A stretch of 64,000 nt of DNA from Isurus oxyrinchus (Eukaryota), in assembly GCA_026770705.1 (NCBI GenBank), contig JANJGN010000026.1, forward strand, positions 29,822,001-29,886,000. The letters are read 5' to 3'. The position numbers and the translations under genes are program-made. Of this stretch, positions 47,989 through 61,220 are shown in pieces. Position 1 is the first letter of the stretch; every line of letters starts with the position of its first letter. A model generated the notes under the pieces. That model was not told where the DNA came from. It made no database searches and saw only the letters and a list, made by a program, of their open reading frames with translations.

Positions 47989-49329
47989 CTGTGCTTGACA
48001 GAAACCTGGCGGCCGGTTCTCAATGTCTCAGGGCAAAACTTTGTCAGCACGACAACAGGACGGTGATTGGCTTTTTCTCCCATTGACTCAGGATCAGGAG
48101 GCCACGAAACAGCTTCAGACTCCGCCCACCTTTTAAACACCCAGCTTGCAGATCGTGTAACCCTTGACCTTGGAAGAGGGGTCAAACAGCAGTCCTTAAA
48201 GGGCCGCTGCACCGCTCGAGCTGTTTCGCTAAGTTTTAGTATTTAGGAGGAGTGAATAGTAGCTGAAATAAGGATCGGAAGAAAGTGACATTTTTAATGT
48301 ATTTATTCAGTAAGGTGGCTAAATAGCAATTGGTTATTTCCAACAAGTAAAAACAACTTCGTACAGTTAACACGTAAAGTAGAAACAATAGTTTTCGAGG
48401 AGTACATGCCATTAATTCAATGCAATGTTGTAGTAGAAACACAATCTGGATCGTTTTTATCACTGTATCCTATTACAACAAAGCATATGGACTTGGGAAT
48501 ACGATAATAATTGGATCCTGGTGAATGCTAACGGAGATAGAGCCTGGCGTAATAACCAAGGGGGAAGTGGCTAGCACAATAATAATGGGGATCAATTAAA
48601 ATATTCGCAAAGACCCCAGCGTAGTAATCAAGAAGCCTAGGGCTAGTACATAAATATACTAATACTTCCTTATGTGACTTAACCTCAATTTAGTTTCACA
48701 GCTCCCGTGTGAGGCGCTTTGGGAAGCTTTATCAAATTAAACATGTTGTGTAAATGCACGTTATTGTTGTGAGATTAGGCTTTGCGTTGTGTGGATATTC
48801 GTTAGTTAATGCGAGCATAATGTGCATTGTGTGGGTGTAACTTGCATTGTGCGTGGACCCTGTGTGTTGTGTGTGAGTCTAACTTCTATGATGTGAATAC
48901 CTTAGGCAGCATTTGACTCTCACTGTCATTCTGATTCTTACCTAGTCTTATGTCACTGAGCTATGCTGTCTTCGGCCTGTTGGCTAACGAGGTTTCTTTC
49001 AGTGTCTCCCATAAATGAAAGTTCCACATGATTAAGCCTACTGTAGATCTCCCCAAGCACTATGTGGTTCCATTCAATGCTACATTGGGCTGCATGAGGC
49101 ATCAAGAGTCGATAGTCGTCTCCCAGGTATCTCCCAACATTCCACCTCTCCCCAAAAAGAACATGGAAAATAATTGCTGAATCTATTTGTTCAAGTAACT
49201 GTAAATAATGATGGAGGCTAACTGCCTCTCTGTAGAATTCCAACAGTATAAATAAGGGTCTATTTGAGCTTGGCACAGAAAATCTCTGTGATCAGCTGTC
49301 ACCGCAGAGATCATCTTTTCTCATAGAAA

Positions 49330-49399
49330 ATGCACGGCAGAATATCTGGTGTAGTTTATGCCATTTACAATCCAATTCTTGCTGCTATTGGAGTTCTGG
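49330..49399 (+). pseudogene. Exon 1 of a GPR139-like GPCR (start of TM1); exon 2 not seen
   Basis: MHGRISGVVYAIYNPILAAIGVL(G) resembles the YYPILAAIGVP|xN first exon of shark GPR139-like receptors; TATAAATA at 49247-49254; donor is GCGAGT rather than GTGAGT. Confidence 0.55.
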
Positions 49400-50227
49400 G
49401 CGAGTCTTTGGACTAAACCATAACTTGGACAAATCATTGTTTTAAGAAGCTGGTTCTGTCATTGACAATTAACAATGTGACATAGTCATCTCCAGGTTTT
49501 TGTTTAAACTCATTTGCTCAGGGATACACTATCTTTCCATCGTTTTAATATTTATTTGTTTTAAACTCAAGCATTAATAATTAAGCCTCTGAAACACCCA
49601 ATGCTCTGCGTCTATTCCTTTATACCATCCTGTGCCGGGCCTGCTCAGGTCGCAAGGTTGATTTTTAAAAAGTAATATTCTGGTAATCTTTTCGAAACCT
49701 ATAATTCATGGCTATTCTTCTCTACAATTCTGGAGGGATGTGGAACGAGATGCAGGTTCATTATCAGCCATTTCAAATTTCAGCTTGAAATTAATCTTCA
49801 CCTGCTTGAAATGTTTGAGGGGTGAAATTGGCTTTGAACTGTTAAGGAAGCTGGCTACCAGTTTTACACTCGATCGAGTTCTATGTCTCATTGACATCAG
49901 AGGAGTAGAAATCAGACCGAGTGTAAAACAGGCGGCTCATTCGATGCAGCCCACAAAATGTTCCTGCCCCATGGGAGTCAAAGGATATCGGGGGCACGTG
50001 AGAATGTGGAATTGAGACCATAATCAGAATAGGCATGATCTTATTGAATGGCAAAGCAGGGTAGAAGGGCCGAATGGCTTGTTACTGCTCCTGATTCGGA
50101 TGTGTTTATGTCCTTGAAATATTCGCCCAAGACTACTGAATTAATAGTTTATTGGTATAGCCACTATCGTAATCTTCCCTTTAAGTTTGGGCTCCATTTC
50201 ATTACGTCCATCAATTATTATTTCCCA

Positions 50228-50901
50228 TTCTGATTTCCAGCAAATTGTGTTTCAATTTTGTTCCACTGGGTGATTTCAATGTGACTAAATCCGGCTCGAA
50301 TGATCAATGGGCATTGAACAGTCGGCGGCCGCACTGCAGAAACTGCTCGTTTAACTGTGCTGTTTAGAATTGGGAAACTGAGCAGTGAGAACAGTTAACA
50401 GCTGCTGGTCTCTCTGGCTCTGAGGTTAGAACGTTAGGAAAGTGTGGTTGTTGAGAGCGGCAGTCTCTAGCATTCCCCCTCACCTCCTTTTATTTATTAG
50501 TTGCTCTTATTGAACTATAAAAAAATGAGGAGATGTAATACAGAAATAGAAGGGGTTCATACGCCCGCCCATTTGATGACTTTGTTTTGTTAAACACTGC
50601 AGTATTTAATATTTTTAATCAATTGCCTTCAATTAAATCCCAATTGTCTTCAAGCATCAAAAACTGACTTTCCAAGATCGTCTTTTAACTCTCAACTCAT
50701 CTGCCATTGTCACACACTGTGCCAAAATTATTTTTTGAATAAATTGCTCGATATTTCCCTGTCAGTCCAACATTCTCTTTTTCTGTGTACCTGACTTGCC
50801 TTGTCTGCATCTCTCTCCATCGGATAAACTCTACCTCTGCACCTGGAGACATGATATTTCTCTACAGGAACAGAAGGAGGCAATTCAGCTCCTAGAGCGT
50901 G
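50228..50901 (-). repeat. Inverted paralogue of 30378-31035
   Basis: Reverse-complement similarity across the block, ending exactly at the RSS heptamer at 50902. Confidence 0.85.
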
Positions 50902-50940
50902 CACAGTGTCACAGAGCATGCAGTGAGATGTACAAAAACC
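50902..50940 (+). other. Orphan perfect-consensus 23-RSS with no V exon
   Basis: CACAGTG-tcacagagcatgcagtgagatgt(23)-ACAAAAACC; spacer and 3' flank (ATGGTGGGATT) resemble those of the supporting-V RSS at 28963. Confidence 0.9.
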
Positions 50941-52729
50941 TGAACATGGTGGGATTACAGACACAAAGTGATACAAGGCAGGGAAAGAGTTCAGATTCTT
51001 GTCCATTTTTGGNNNNNNNNNNNNNNNNNNNNNNNNNNNNNNNNNNNNNNNNNNNNNNNNNNNNNNNNNNNNNNNNNNNNNNNNNNNNNNNNNNNNNNNN
51101 NNNNNNNNNNNNNNNNNNNNNNNNNNNNNNNNNNNNNNNNNNNNNNNNNCCCACCCCTTGGAGGTCAATCATCTCAGCTCCAGGGCATCACTGCAGGAGT
51201 TCCTCAGGGTAGTGCCCGAGGCCCAACCATCTTCAGCTGCTTCTTCAATGACCTCCCTTCCATAATAACATCAGAAGTGGGGATGTTTGCTGATGCTTGC
51301 ACAATGTTCAGCAGCATTCACTACTCCTCAGATACTGAAGCAGTCCATGTCCAAATGCAGTAAGGCCTAGACAACATCCAGGCTTGGCTGACCAATGCTG
51401 ATGACTTGTCCTCCAGAAGTAACATTTGCGCAACACAAGTGCCAGGCAATGACCATGTCCAACAAGAAAGAATCTAATCATCGCCCTTTGGCATTCAATA
51501 TCATTACCATCGCTGAATCCCTCAATATCAACATGCTGGGGGGTGGTGGTGGGGTTACCATTCACCAGAAACTGAACTGAACAAATCATATAAACATGTG
51601 TGGCTAACAGAGCAATTCAGAGGCCTGAGTAACTCATCTGCCTCCCAAAACCTGTTCACAATTTACAAGGCATAAGCCAGGGGTGTTCTCCACTTGCCTG
51701 GATGAGTGCAGCTCCAACAGCATTAAACATGTTTGACATTATGCAGGACCATGCAGCCTGCTCGATTGACATCCCATCCATAAACATTAACTCACTCGAT
51801 GACCGGCGCACAGTAACAGCAGTGTGTACCATCTTCAAGGTGCACTGCAGGAATTCACCAAGATTCCTGAGACAGCACCTCCCAAATGCACGACCACCAT
51901 CATCTAGAAGGACAAGGGCAGCAGATAGATGGGAACGCCACCACCTGGAATTTCGTCTCCAAGTCACTCACCAGCCTGACTTGGAAATATATTTCCATTC
52001 CTTCAATGTCTCTGGATCAAGATCCTGGAACTCCTTCCCTAACAGCACTGTCGGTGTACCTGCACCAGATGGACTGCAGCTGTTCAAGAAGGCAGCTCAC
52101 CATCATCTTCTCAATTGAAAAGCAGGTTATTGCTAAGCAAGTGCCGCTTGAGAACACTATTGATGACCCCTTCCATTACTTTACTGAGGGTCGAGAGTAG
52201 ACTGATGGGGCGGTAATTGGCTGGATTGGATTATTCCTACCTAGGAATTTTCCACATTGCTGGGTAGATGCCAGTGTTGTAGCTGTACTGGAACAGCTTG
52301 GCTAGGGGCAGGGGAAGTTCTCGAGTACAGGTCTTCAGTACTGTTGCTGAATATGTAAGGGCCCATAGCCTTTCCATTATCCAGTGCCTTCAGCCGTTTT
52401 CTGATATCACGTGGAGTGAATCGGATTGGCTGAAGACTGGCAATTAGGGATGGGGAATAAGTACTCGTCGAGCTAATGAAGCCCTGATTCCATGAATGAA
52501 TTAAAAAAAAATAGCATTAAGCGCACTTGGTACTTAATTAATTTGCATGAGTTATTTGATGAGGCAGTGGAGAGGGTTGACGAGGTGAATGCAGTTCATC
52601 TGCCATACATGGACACCGCACATAGACTTTGGTAAGGGGAGGGAGTAGGGTTGAAAGAGCGAGCGGAGATTCGGGGAAAGGCCGGGTTAGAGAGTTGGAG
52701 CTAATTGGGAAGCTCTTTCAGAGAATCAA

Positions 52730-53910
52730 TGCAAGGCACAATGGGGAGCGCCACAGGGATCAGTGCCGGGGCCACACTTATTTACAATAGATATTAATGA
52801 CTTGGATGAGGGAAGCGAATGCAATCTCACCCAGTTTGATGATGACACAAAGATAGGTGGGAAGGCAAGCGGTGAGCATGACACAAGGAGTCTACAGAGT
52901 GATATAGACAGGTTAAATGAGTGGGCCAAAAATGCGGCTGATGGAAAAATGTGGGAAAATGTGTGGTTATGGCTGGAAGAATAGAGGAGCTGAAAATTAT
53001 TTAAATGGAGAAAGAATGCAGGAAGCTGCAGCACAGAGGGATCAGGGTCGTCCTCGTGCATGAATCCCATAAAGCTAACGTACAAGTTCAGTAGGTAATA
53101 AGGAAGGCAAATGGAAGGTAGCCTTTATTTCAAAGGGAGTGGAGTATAAAAATAGGGAAGTCTTGCTGAAACTTAACAAGGCACTAGTTAGACCACACCT
53201 AAAATAATGTGAACAGCTTTGATCCGCTTATTTAAGGAAAGATATCCTGGCATTCGAGGCAGTCCAGAGAAGGTTCACTAGGTTGATTCCGGGGAAGGGC
53301 AATAGCAATTCCCGCAGAACATTTAAGAAATATTTGGATGTGCACTGCCATGGCATACAAGGCTGCGGGCCTAATGCTGGACAACGGGATTAGAATAGTT
53401 AGGTACTTGTTTGACCAGTGCAGATTTGATGAGCCAGAGGGCCTTTTTCTGTGCTGGAGACCTCTATGACTCTGTGGAGGGACTTTCTTATGAGGAGAGG
53501 TTAATCATTAGAGTTTAGAAGAATGAGAGGCGACCTTATTGAAACATATAAGATTCTTCCGGGGCTTGACAGCGTAGATGGTGAGAAGTTGTTTCCCTTT
53601 GTGGGAGAGTCTAGGACCATAGGGCATAATCTCAGAGTAAGGGGTCGCCCACTTAAAACAGAGATGATGAGGAATTTCTTCCCTGAGGGGAGTCAATCTG
53701 TGGAATATTTTACCGCAGTGGGCGATAGAAGTTGATTCGTTAAGTGTATTCAAGGCTGAAATAGGCAGAATTTTAGTCAGTAAGGGAATCAAGGGTTATG
53801 GGAAAAAGACAGGAAAGTGGAGTTGAGGATTGTCAGATCAGCCACGATGTCACTGAATGGCGGAGCAGACTCGATGGGCCGAAAGGCCCACGTCTGCTCC
53901 TATCTTTTAT
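52730..53910 (+). mobile_element. Nested CR1-type LINE RT and 3' fragments
   Basis: PQGSVPGPHLFTIDINDLDEG..FDDDTKIGG and MRGDLIETYKIL motifs. Confidence 0.8.
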
Positions 53911-54589
53911 CCTCTTGTGGACCAAAAGGCCTCCTGCTTGTGTTGAACGATTTCCTGATTCTCAGGGTCGTTCCTGCTCCCCCTGCTTTGAGGGCTCGCC
54001 AGTCTACTCGAGGCCTGCACAATCCTGAGCATACAGATGGGGCTCCTGTGCACTGAAGCGCTTACAGCTGCTCCGCACACAGCATGCTCATTTTGACATT
54101 AACTCTGTCAGTGTGAAATCTTCGTGCTTGTCTCAAAAAAAATGCACAAGCGGAAACAGGAACCTTGATTGATTTCATTGCCCTGAAATAAATGAAGCAG
54201 CCCAGAACCTGTCTTTCTTGGCTTGAACTCTATGGTCTCTTTGTCGTTCTCGCTGCTCGAAGCTGAACGTTGAAACGGTGTTGCTTTCTGCATGTATTGT
54301 TATCCAGGAGACAAACAAAGCCATCGTGACTTTTTCCCTGCTCCGACATACCAGCGGCAGCCAGGAGGGGGCGCACAGAGTGCGTAGCAGGACACCAAAA
54401 ACAGAAAGTATCAGCATTAACATAGGCTGGTTAGTCATTAATCCAACAGTGGATTGAAATATTGAAAGCAGGAGGTGATGGTGTAGTAGAGATGTCTTAA
54501 GCTATTAAGCCAGCGGCCGGGGCTAATGGTCATAATCATAAATTCACAGAGTCTACAGCACAGCGCTTCGGACCATCGTGTCTTTGCCG

Positions 54590-55095
54590 GTCAAACATGT
54601 ACCTAACTATTCTAATCCTATTTTCCAGCACTAGGCCCGAAGGCTTGTATGCCGTGGCATCGCACGTGCACAGCCAAATACTTTTTAAATGTTATAAGGG
54701 TTTCTGCCTCTACCACCCTTTCAGGAAGTGAGTTCCAGATTCCCAGCACCCTCTGGGTGAAAGAATTCTTCCTCACATCCCCTCTAAGCCTCCTGCCCCT
54801 TACGTTAAATCTATGCTCCCCCTACACCTCCCCGGTTATTGTTCATTCCACCAAGGGAAAAGTTCCTTCTTGTCTCGCCTATCTATGCCCCTCATAATTT
54901 TATACACCTCAATCATGTCCCTCAATCTCCTCTGCTCCAGGGAAAATAACCCCAGTCTATCCAATCTCTCTTCGTAACTAAAACTGTCCAGCCCAGGCAA
55001 CATCCTGGTAAATCTCTTCTGCACTGTCTCTAGTGCAATCACACCCTTTCTACAATGCGGTTTCCAGAATGGAATACTCTAGCTGTGGCCTAACC
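54590..55095 (-). mobile_element. CR1-type LINE 3' fragment
   Basis: ORF 54836..55042 LETVQKRFTRMLPGL..FSLEQRRLR. Confidence 0.75.
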
Positions 55096-55124
55096 ACCGG
55101 ACACATGGGTTCAAATCCAATTTC

Positions 55125-56390
55125 AATTGGTTTTTTGAAGGGAAGGTCGTGTCTCATTAACTTGATCGAGTTTTTCAAGGAAGTGACAAAGATGATCGCC
55201 GATGGAAGGGCAGTTGATGTTATCTACATGGATTTCAATAAGGCCTTTGACAAGGTCCCTCATGGCAGACTGGTACAGAAGGTAAAGTCGCACGGGATCA
55301 GAGGTGAGCTGGCAAGATGGATACATAATTGGCTTAGTCATAGAAGACAGAGGGTAGCAGTGGAAGGGTGCTTTTCTGAATGGAGAGCTGTGACTAGTGG
55401 CGTTCCACAGGGATCAGTGCTGGGACCTTTGTTGTTTATAGCATAGTTAAATGATTTGGAGGAAAATGTAACTGGGCTAATTAGTAAGTTTGCAGACGAC
55501 ACTAAGGTTGGAGGAGTTGCAGAGAGTGAAGAGGACTGTCAAAGGATACAACGGGATATAGATCGGTTGGAGACTTGGGTGGAGAAATGGCAGATGGAGT
55601 TTAATCTGGACAATTGCGAGGTAATGCATTTTGGAAGGTCTAATACAGGTTGGAATCATACAGTAAATGGCAGAACCCTTAAGTGCATCGACGGGCAGAG
55701 GGACCTGGGTGTACAGGTCCACAGGTCACTGAAAGTGGCAACGCAGGTGGATAAAGTAGTCAGGAAGGCATATGGCATGCTTGCCTTCATCCACGGGGTG
55801 TTGAGTATAAAAGCTGGGAAGCCATGCTGCAGCTGTATAGAACCTTGGTTAGGCCACACTTGGCATATTTCGTGCAATTCTGGTCGCCACATTACCAGAA
55901 GCATATGGAGGCATTGGAGAGGGTGCAGAGGAGGTTAACCAGGATGTTGCCTGGTCTGGAGGTTATTAGATATGAGGAGGGGTTGGAGAAACTCGGATTG
56001 TTCTCACTAGAGCGACGGAGATTGATAGAAGTTTACAAAATTATGAATGGCATGGACAGTGTCGATAGTCAGAAGCTTTTTCCCAGGGTGGAAAAGTCAA
56101 TTACATAGATTTAAGATGAGAGGAGAAAACTATAGAGGAGATGTGCGGGGCAAGTTTTTTACACAGAGGGTAGTGAGTGTCTGGAGTTCGCTGCCAGAGG
56201 AGGTGGTGGAAGCAGGTAAGATAGCGGTGTTTAAGAGGCAGCTTGACAAATACATGAATAGGATGGGAATAGAGGGATATGGACCCCGGAAGTGCAAAAT
56301 GTTTTAGTTTGATATGTAATATGATCGGCACAGGCTTGGAGGGGCGAAGGGCCTGTTCCTGTGCTGTATCTTTCTTTGTTCTTTGTAATT
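55125..56390 (+). mobile_element. CR1-type LINE RT-to-3' end, broken frame
   Basis: GFLKGRSCLINL, VDVIYMDFNKAFDKVPH, SGVPQGSVLGP, KFADDTKVGG and C-terminal motifs, with tail. Confidence 0.9.
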
Positions 56391-56693
56391 CAATGAATAA
56401 ATGGGTTCTGTAATGATGACCATGAAAGGGTTATCAAATGTCCTAAAACCCTATCTGGTTTCTTAGTGCCCGTTAGGGAAGGAAACCTGTCACCTTTACT
56501 TCCGTCTGGCCTACACGTGACTCCAGCCACAGAGCAACGTGGTTGAATCCTCAGTGACTCTGAATTGTTCGGTTCAAGGGTCAATTAGTGATGGGCAGCA
56601 AATATTGGCTTTCCCAGCCAAACCCCGTGAAGGAACCCTTTTACATTTGGCTTTGCATGCTATAGCTTTTGAGATAGTGCATATATTGCAGAG

Positions 56694-56765
56694 GCCGTCT
56701 TGTGGCGCAGTGGTTAGTGTCCCTGTCCTGAACCAGGTACTCCACGTTTGAGTCCCACTCTAGAA
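56694..56765 (+). mobile_element. tRNA-derived SINE head
   Basis: A box TGGCGCAGTGG and B-box-like GTTTGAGTCCC; no intact cloverleaf. Confidence 0.55.
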
Positions 56766-58219
56766 TTTCAAGAGCAAGGAAGATGCGTTCATATCGCGAT
56801 TATTGACCTGCAAGTGCTTCTGGTATGCTTAGAGAGCTTGCATATGGAAAATCAAAGATCTTAATTAACCACAATGGTTGGCCAACAAAGGGAAGTCCAT
56901 GATTGCCGAATGGCATTTCAGGGCATGGTACCTCTGACCTGGAATATTTTCCCTGGAAATTGGTGAGCCATTGGTGCATTGCTAATGTCACTGCAGTTAC
57001 AAACCCTGGGGGCTAATTTTCTGGGGACACAGGTTCATTATCCCACCCGAGCAGTTGGTGCAGTTTCAATTCAAGTGATAAATATGAATTGAAAATTCGT
57101 CTCAGTAGTAACCTGTCATTAAAAACTCACCAACGTCCTTTAGGGAAGGAAATCTGCTGGCCTTATCCTGGCCTGGCCTACATGTGACTCCAGATCCACA
57201 TTATTGGCTCTGAACTCCCCTCCGTAAATGCCCCAGCCAAGCCACTGAAGAGTAATTAGGGCCCATGCCAGCATCCCATTCAATTAATCATTACATTCAT
57301 GAGGCGATGGGCCTAATGGCCTCTCTCTGCGCTGTACTATGCAATGATTCTCAGAAATGCCTGTGCTTTTGCTCGTCTGCAGCTTGAGTGTGTCACTCTC
57401 CTCCATGCTGCCAATCTCTGACAATACCCATAGGGGCACCATTGCACTGATCGTCTTGAAGCAGCTCAGCTCACTGCACAGTGAGTAGTGCATTAACGCT
57501 TTAAGTGCTGGATCACACATCGGGATTTCAATCAGAAGCTGGGGCTGAAAAAAGACACATCACCGACTTCAGTGCGCACCCTTACAGTGTTGAGATGGTT
57601 CAGGCTGTGTAACACAAGGCAGCAAATTGTCTTGCTTTGTTTTTAAATGTCTGCTTTGCTTTCTCATGATTTAACGTTTGAGTCGCACATTCAGTGCTTG
57701 CTGGATGCCTTGGTGTCGAGAAGGAAAAAAAGACTTTTCCTGATTTATTCTATTTCATTATTGAAGGAGACAAGTGAACATTCGAAAAGGAAGCTGGGAA
57801 ACTGATGATCATTTATTGAGTGCGAGGATCAAAGGCAGAAATGAGAGGTCAGTTCAAATTGATTGGAAGGTTTTACAAGTTAAGCAGGCGAGCTGGTTAC
57901 CATGAGATAGCGGCGCAGTGGCAATGTCACTGGGCTTTAATCCAGAAGCCCAGGTTAATGCTTTGGGGGACATGGGTTCAAACCCCACCAGGACGCATAA
58001 TCGAATTTAAATTCTATTCATTGGAAAATGATACTCGCAGTGATGGTATCCACGTGACTGCGATCATTGATGGTTAGAAAAGCCCATCTCATTTACTAAT
58101 ACCACCCGCAGAGAATAAAGTCTGGCCGACAGTTCTGTCTGCCTGTGTAAGGAAGGTTACATACACGTTACTGAGTGAGGCAATGGTATAATAATGGGGA
58201 TGCTGAGGTTAGGCCTATA

Positions 58220-61200
58220 AGGAGCAAGAGTAGACTATTCAGTCCGGCGATCATGCTTGATCCTCTCCCTCAACTGCATTTTCCCGCCCATAGCCCTTAA
58301 TTGCCCGATTCACCAACAAATTTCCATCTCTGCCTTAAATGTCTTCAACGGTGGAGCACTCACAATTCCCTTGGGTAGAGTATTCCAAAGCTTCACAGCC
58401 CTCCAAGTGAAGACATTTCCCCTCCTCTCAGTGCTAAATAATCGGCCCCTTATCCTGAGACAGTGCCCCCATGTTCTGGATTCCCCAGCCAGGGGTATAC
58501 GATCTCTGTGTGTGTCCACCCCCTATCGAGCCCCTTCAGAATGATGCCGTTCTCAATGGGATCGCCTCTCATTCTTCTAAACTCCGGAGAATATAAACCC
58601 AATTTACTCAGCCTCTCATGCTAGGACAACCTCCTCATACCAGGGACCAGCCTAGTGAAACTTTGCTGGACCGTCTCCAGCACAAGTATATCATTTTTAA
58701 ACTGACCAAAACTGCACAGAGTATTCCAGATGTGAACACATGAAAACCCTGTACAATTGGAGCAAGGCTTTATCTGGTCTCGTCTATATGTGCCTGAACA
58801 GTAAAGTGCTTGACTCTTAATTAGAGTGAATTGTCAACTTGCCTTGCAAACAAGTTCAAGGGAAATTAGGGATAAGTAGCCAATTGTGGCCTTTCCAGCG
58901 ACACCCACCTCGTATCATGGAGTCAAGGAAAAACCCCTTGGGTGTTAACGTATTAGCAAAATTATTTCAGGATGGTTTCCCTAAGCGCAGTCAGAATGTG
59001 AAACTTTATTAACCCCCGGTTAAAAGAGGCAAATAGCACCTCAGGTACATTGAGAAGGAAAATGCACTCCGGGCTCAACAGTGACTTCACTAATTTAAGA
59101 TCATATCCCGCACTCCCAGTTATTCGGACACAGGTTGTTGGTGATGGTTCTGACACTGATATTGACGGCTCCTCTGAACGCATCTTTTGTTTGTTTACTT
59201 TGTTAAATTATTTTAATGGGATGTGGATATCGCTGGCAAGGGCCTATATTTGTTGCCCAAACCGAATTACCTGGTGAACTGAGTGGTTCGCCTCGCCATT
59301 CCAGGGGGCAGTGAAGAACATTGCTGTGGGTCTGGAGTCGCATGGAGGCCAGACCTGGTGTGAACAGCAGATTTCCTTCCCTAAGGGGCATGGGTGAACC
59401 GGGTGGGTTTCTACGATAATCAATGAGTTGCTGAGATTAACTTCCTGAGTCCAGATTTTTTGAATTGAACTCAAATTTCACCAGTTGCCAGAAGGGGAGT
59501 TGAGCCCCTTTCCCCCAGCGGACTAGCCTGGGTCTCTGAATTAAAAGTCCGGTACCATAAACACTGTGCCAGCGCTACCCTGGTGTGCGCTTCCTTTGCC
59601 TCATCCCTATTTACCACCTAATCTCACACAAGAACTAAGAATTAGGAGCAGGGGCAGGCCATTTGGCCCTTCGAGCATGCTCGGCCATTCGATATGATCG
59701 GGGCTGATCTGATTGTGGCCTGAAATCCACTTTCCTGCCCCCGGTCCAATAGCCCTTACCTCCCCTGCGCTCAAAAATACAATCTGTCCAACTCAGCCTC
59801 GAATATATTTATTAATCCAGCCTCCACTGCTCTCTGGGGGAGAGAATTCCACAGACTGGCGACCAGCTGAGAGAAAGTTGATTGTCTTCATCTCAGTCTT
59901 ATACACTCTTAACTGTTCACCTGTGTCACCTGCTTCTAGGCTGCCCCCTAAGGGAAATATTCTATCAGCATCCATCTTGTCAAAGCCCCTCAGCATCATA
60001 CATGGTTCCATAAGTTCCCATCTCATTCTTCCTAACTCAAAAGGGTATATTCCCAACCTTCTCAACCATTCCTCTTAAGATGACCACTTTTTAAATTCAT
60101 TTATGGCACCTGAGCGTCGCTGGCATTTGTTGCCCATCCCTGATTGACCTGTAAGAAGTGGTCGGGTGCTGCCTTCTTGTGACAATGCAGTATATGTAGT
60201 GTAGGTGCACCCACAGTGCTGATGGGGAGGGAGTTCCAAGATTTCGACCCAGCGACAGTGAAGGAACGGCCGATATGTTTCCAAGTCAGGATGGTGAGTA
60301 GTTTGGAGAGAGAATTCCAGGTGGTGGTGTTCCTAACTATCTGCTGCCTTTATTATTCTAGTTGGTAGCGTTCGTGGGTGTGGAAGTTGCTGACGAAGGA
60401 ACCTTGGTGAGTTCCTGCAGTGCCTCTTATAGATGATACACTCTGCTGCAAATGTGTGTCGATGGTGGATGGAATGAATGTTTGTTGATGTGATGCCAAT
60501 CAAGCGGTTGCTTTGTCCTGGATGGTGTCATGTTCCTTGACTATTGCGGGAGCTGTACTCATCGAGGCAAGTCGGGAGTATTCCATCACACTCCTGACTT
60601 TTGCCCTGCAGTTGGGGAATTAGGGAGTGAGTTTCGCATAGCACGATTCCCAGCCTCTGACTTGCTCTTGTAGCAACAGTATTTATATGGCTTTTACAGT
60701 TCAGTTTCTGGTCAATATTAATATGGACGAACCTGAGTGCCTTAGCTCGGTGAAAAACACCTGGAATGAGTGGGTTGTCATATGAGGAAAGGTTGGACAG
60801 ACTGGGCTTGTTTCCACTGGAGATTAGAAGAGTGAGGGGTGACTTGATTGAAGTTTACAAGATCCTGAATGGCCTTGACAAGGTGGACGTCGAAAGGATG
60901 TTTCCTCATGTGGGTGAGTCCAGAACTAGGGGCCACTGTTTTAAAGTTAGAGGTCGCCCTTTTTGGGACAGAGATGAGGGGAATTCTTTTCTCTCAAAAG
61001 GTTGAGTGACTTTGGAATTCTCTGCCTCAGAAGGTAGTGTCATTGAATAGTTTTAAGGCAGAGATAGATAGATTCTTGCTAGGCAAGCGAATCATATGTT
61101 TTCAGGGTTAGATGGGAATGTGGAATTCGAAACACAAACAGGTCAGCGATGATCTTATTGAATGGCGGAGCAGGCTCGAGGAGCCGAATGGTCTAATCCT

Positions 61201-61220
61201 GTTTGTATTTCTTATGTTTG
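58220..61220. mobile_element. Cluster of CR1 and SINE fragments on both strands
   Basis: CR1 C-terminal motifs in ORFs 58310..58519(-), 59793..60065(-) and 60766..61005(+), interleaved with SINE tails. Confidence 0.7.

Noticed and set aside
48130-48200. J-like LDLGRGVK sequence
   Set aside because: No FGxGT motif, poor RSS and no splice donor
57472-57515. CACTGCACAGTG, a signal-joint-like near-palindrome
   Set aside because: No nonamer on either side and no homology to locus RSS flanks
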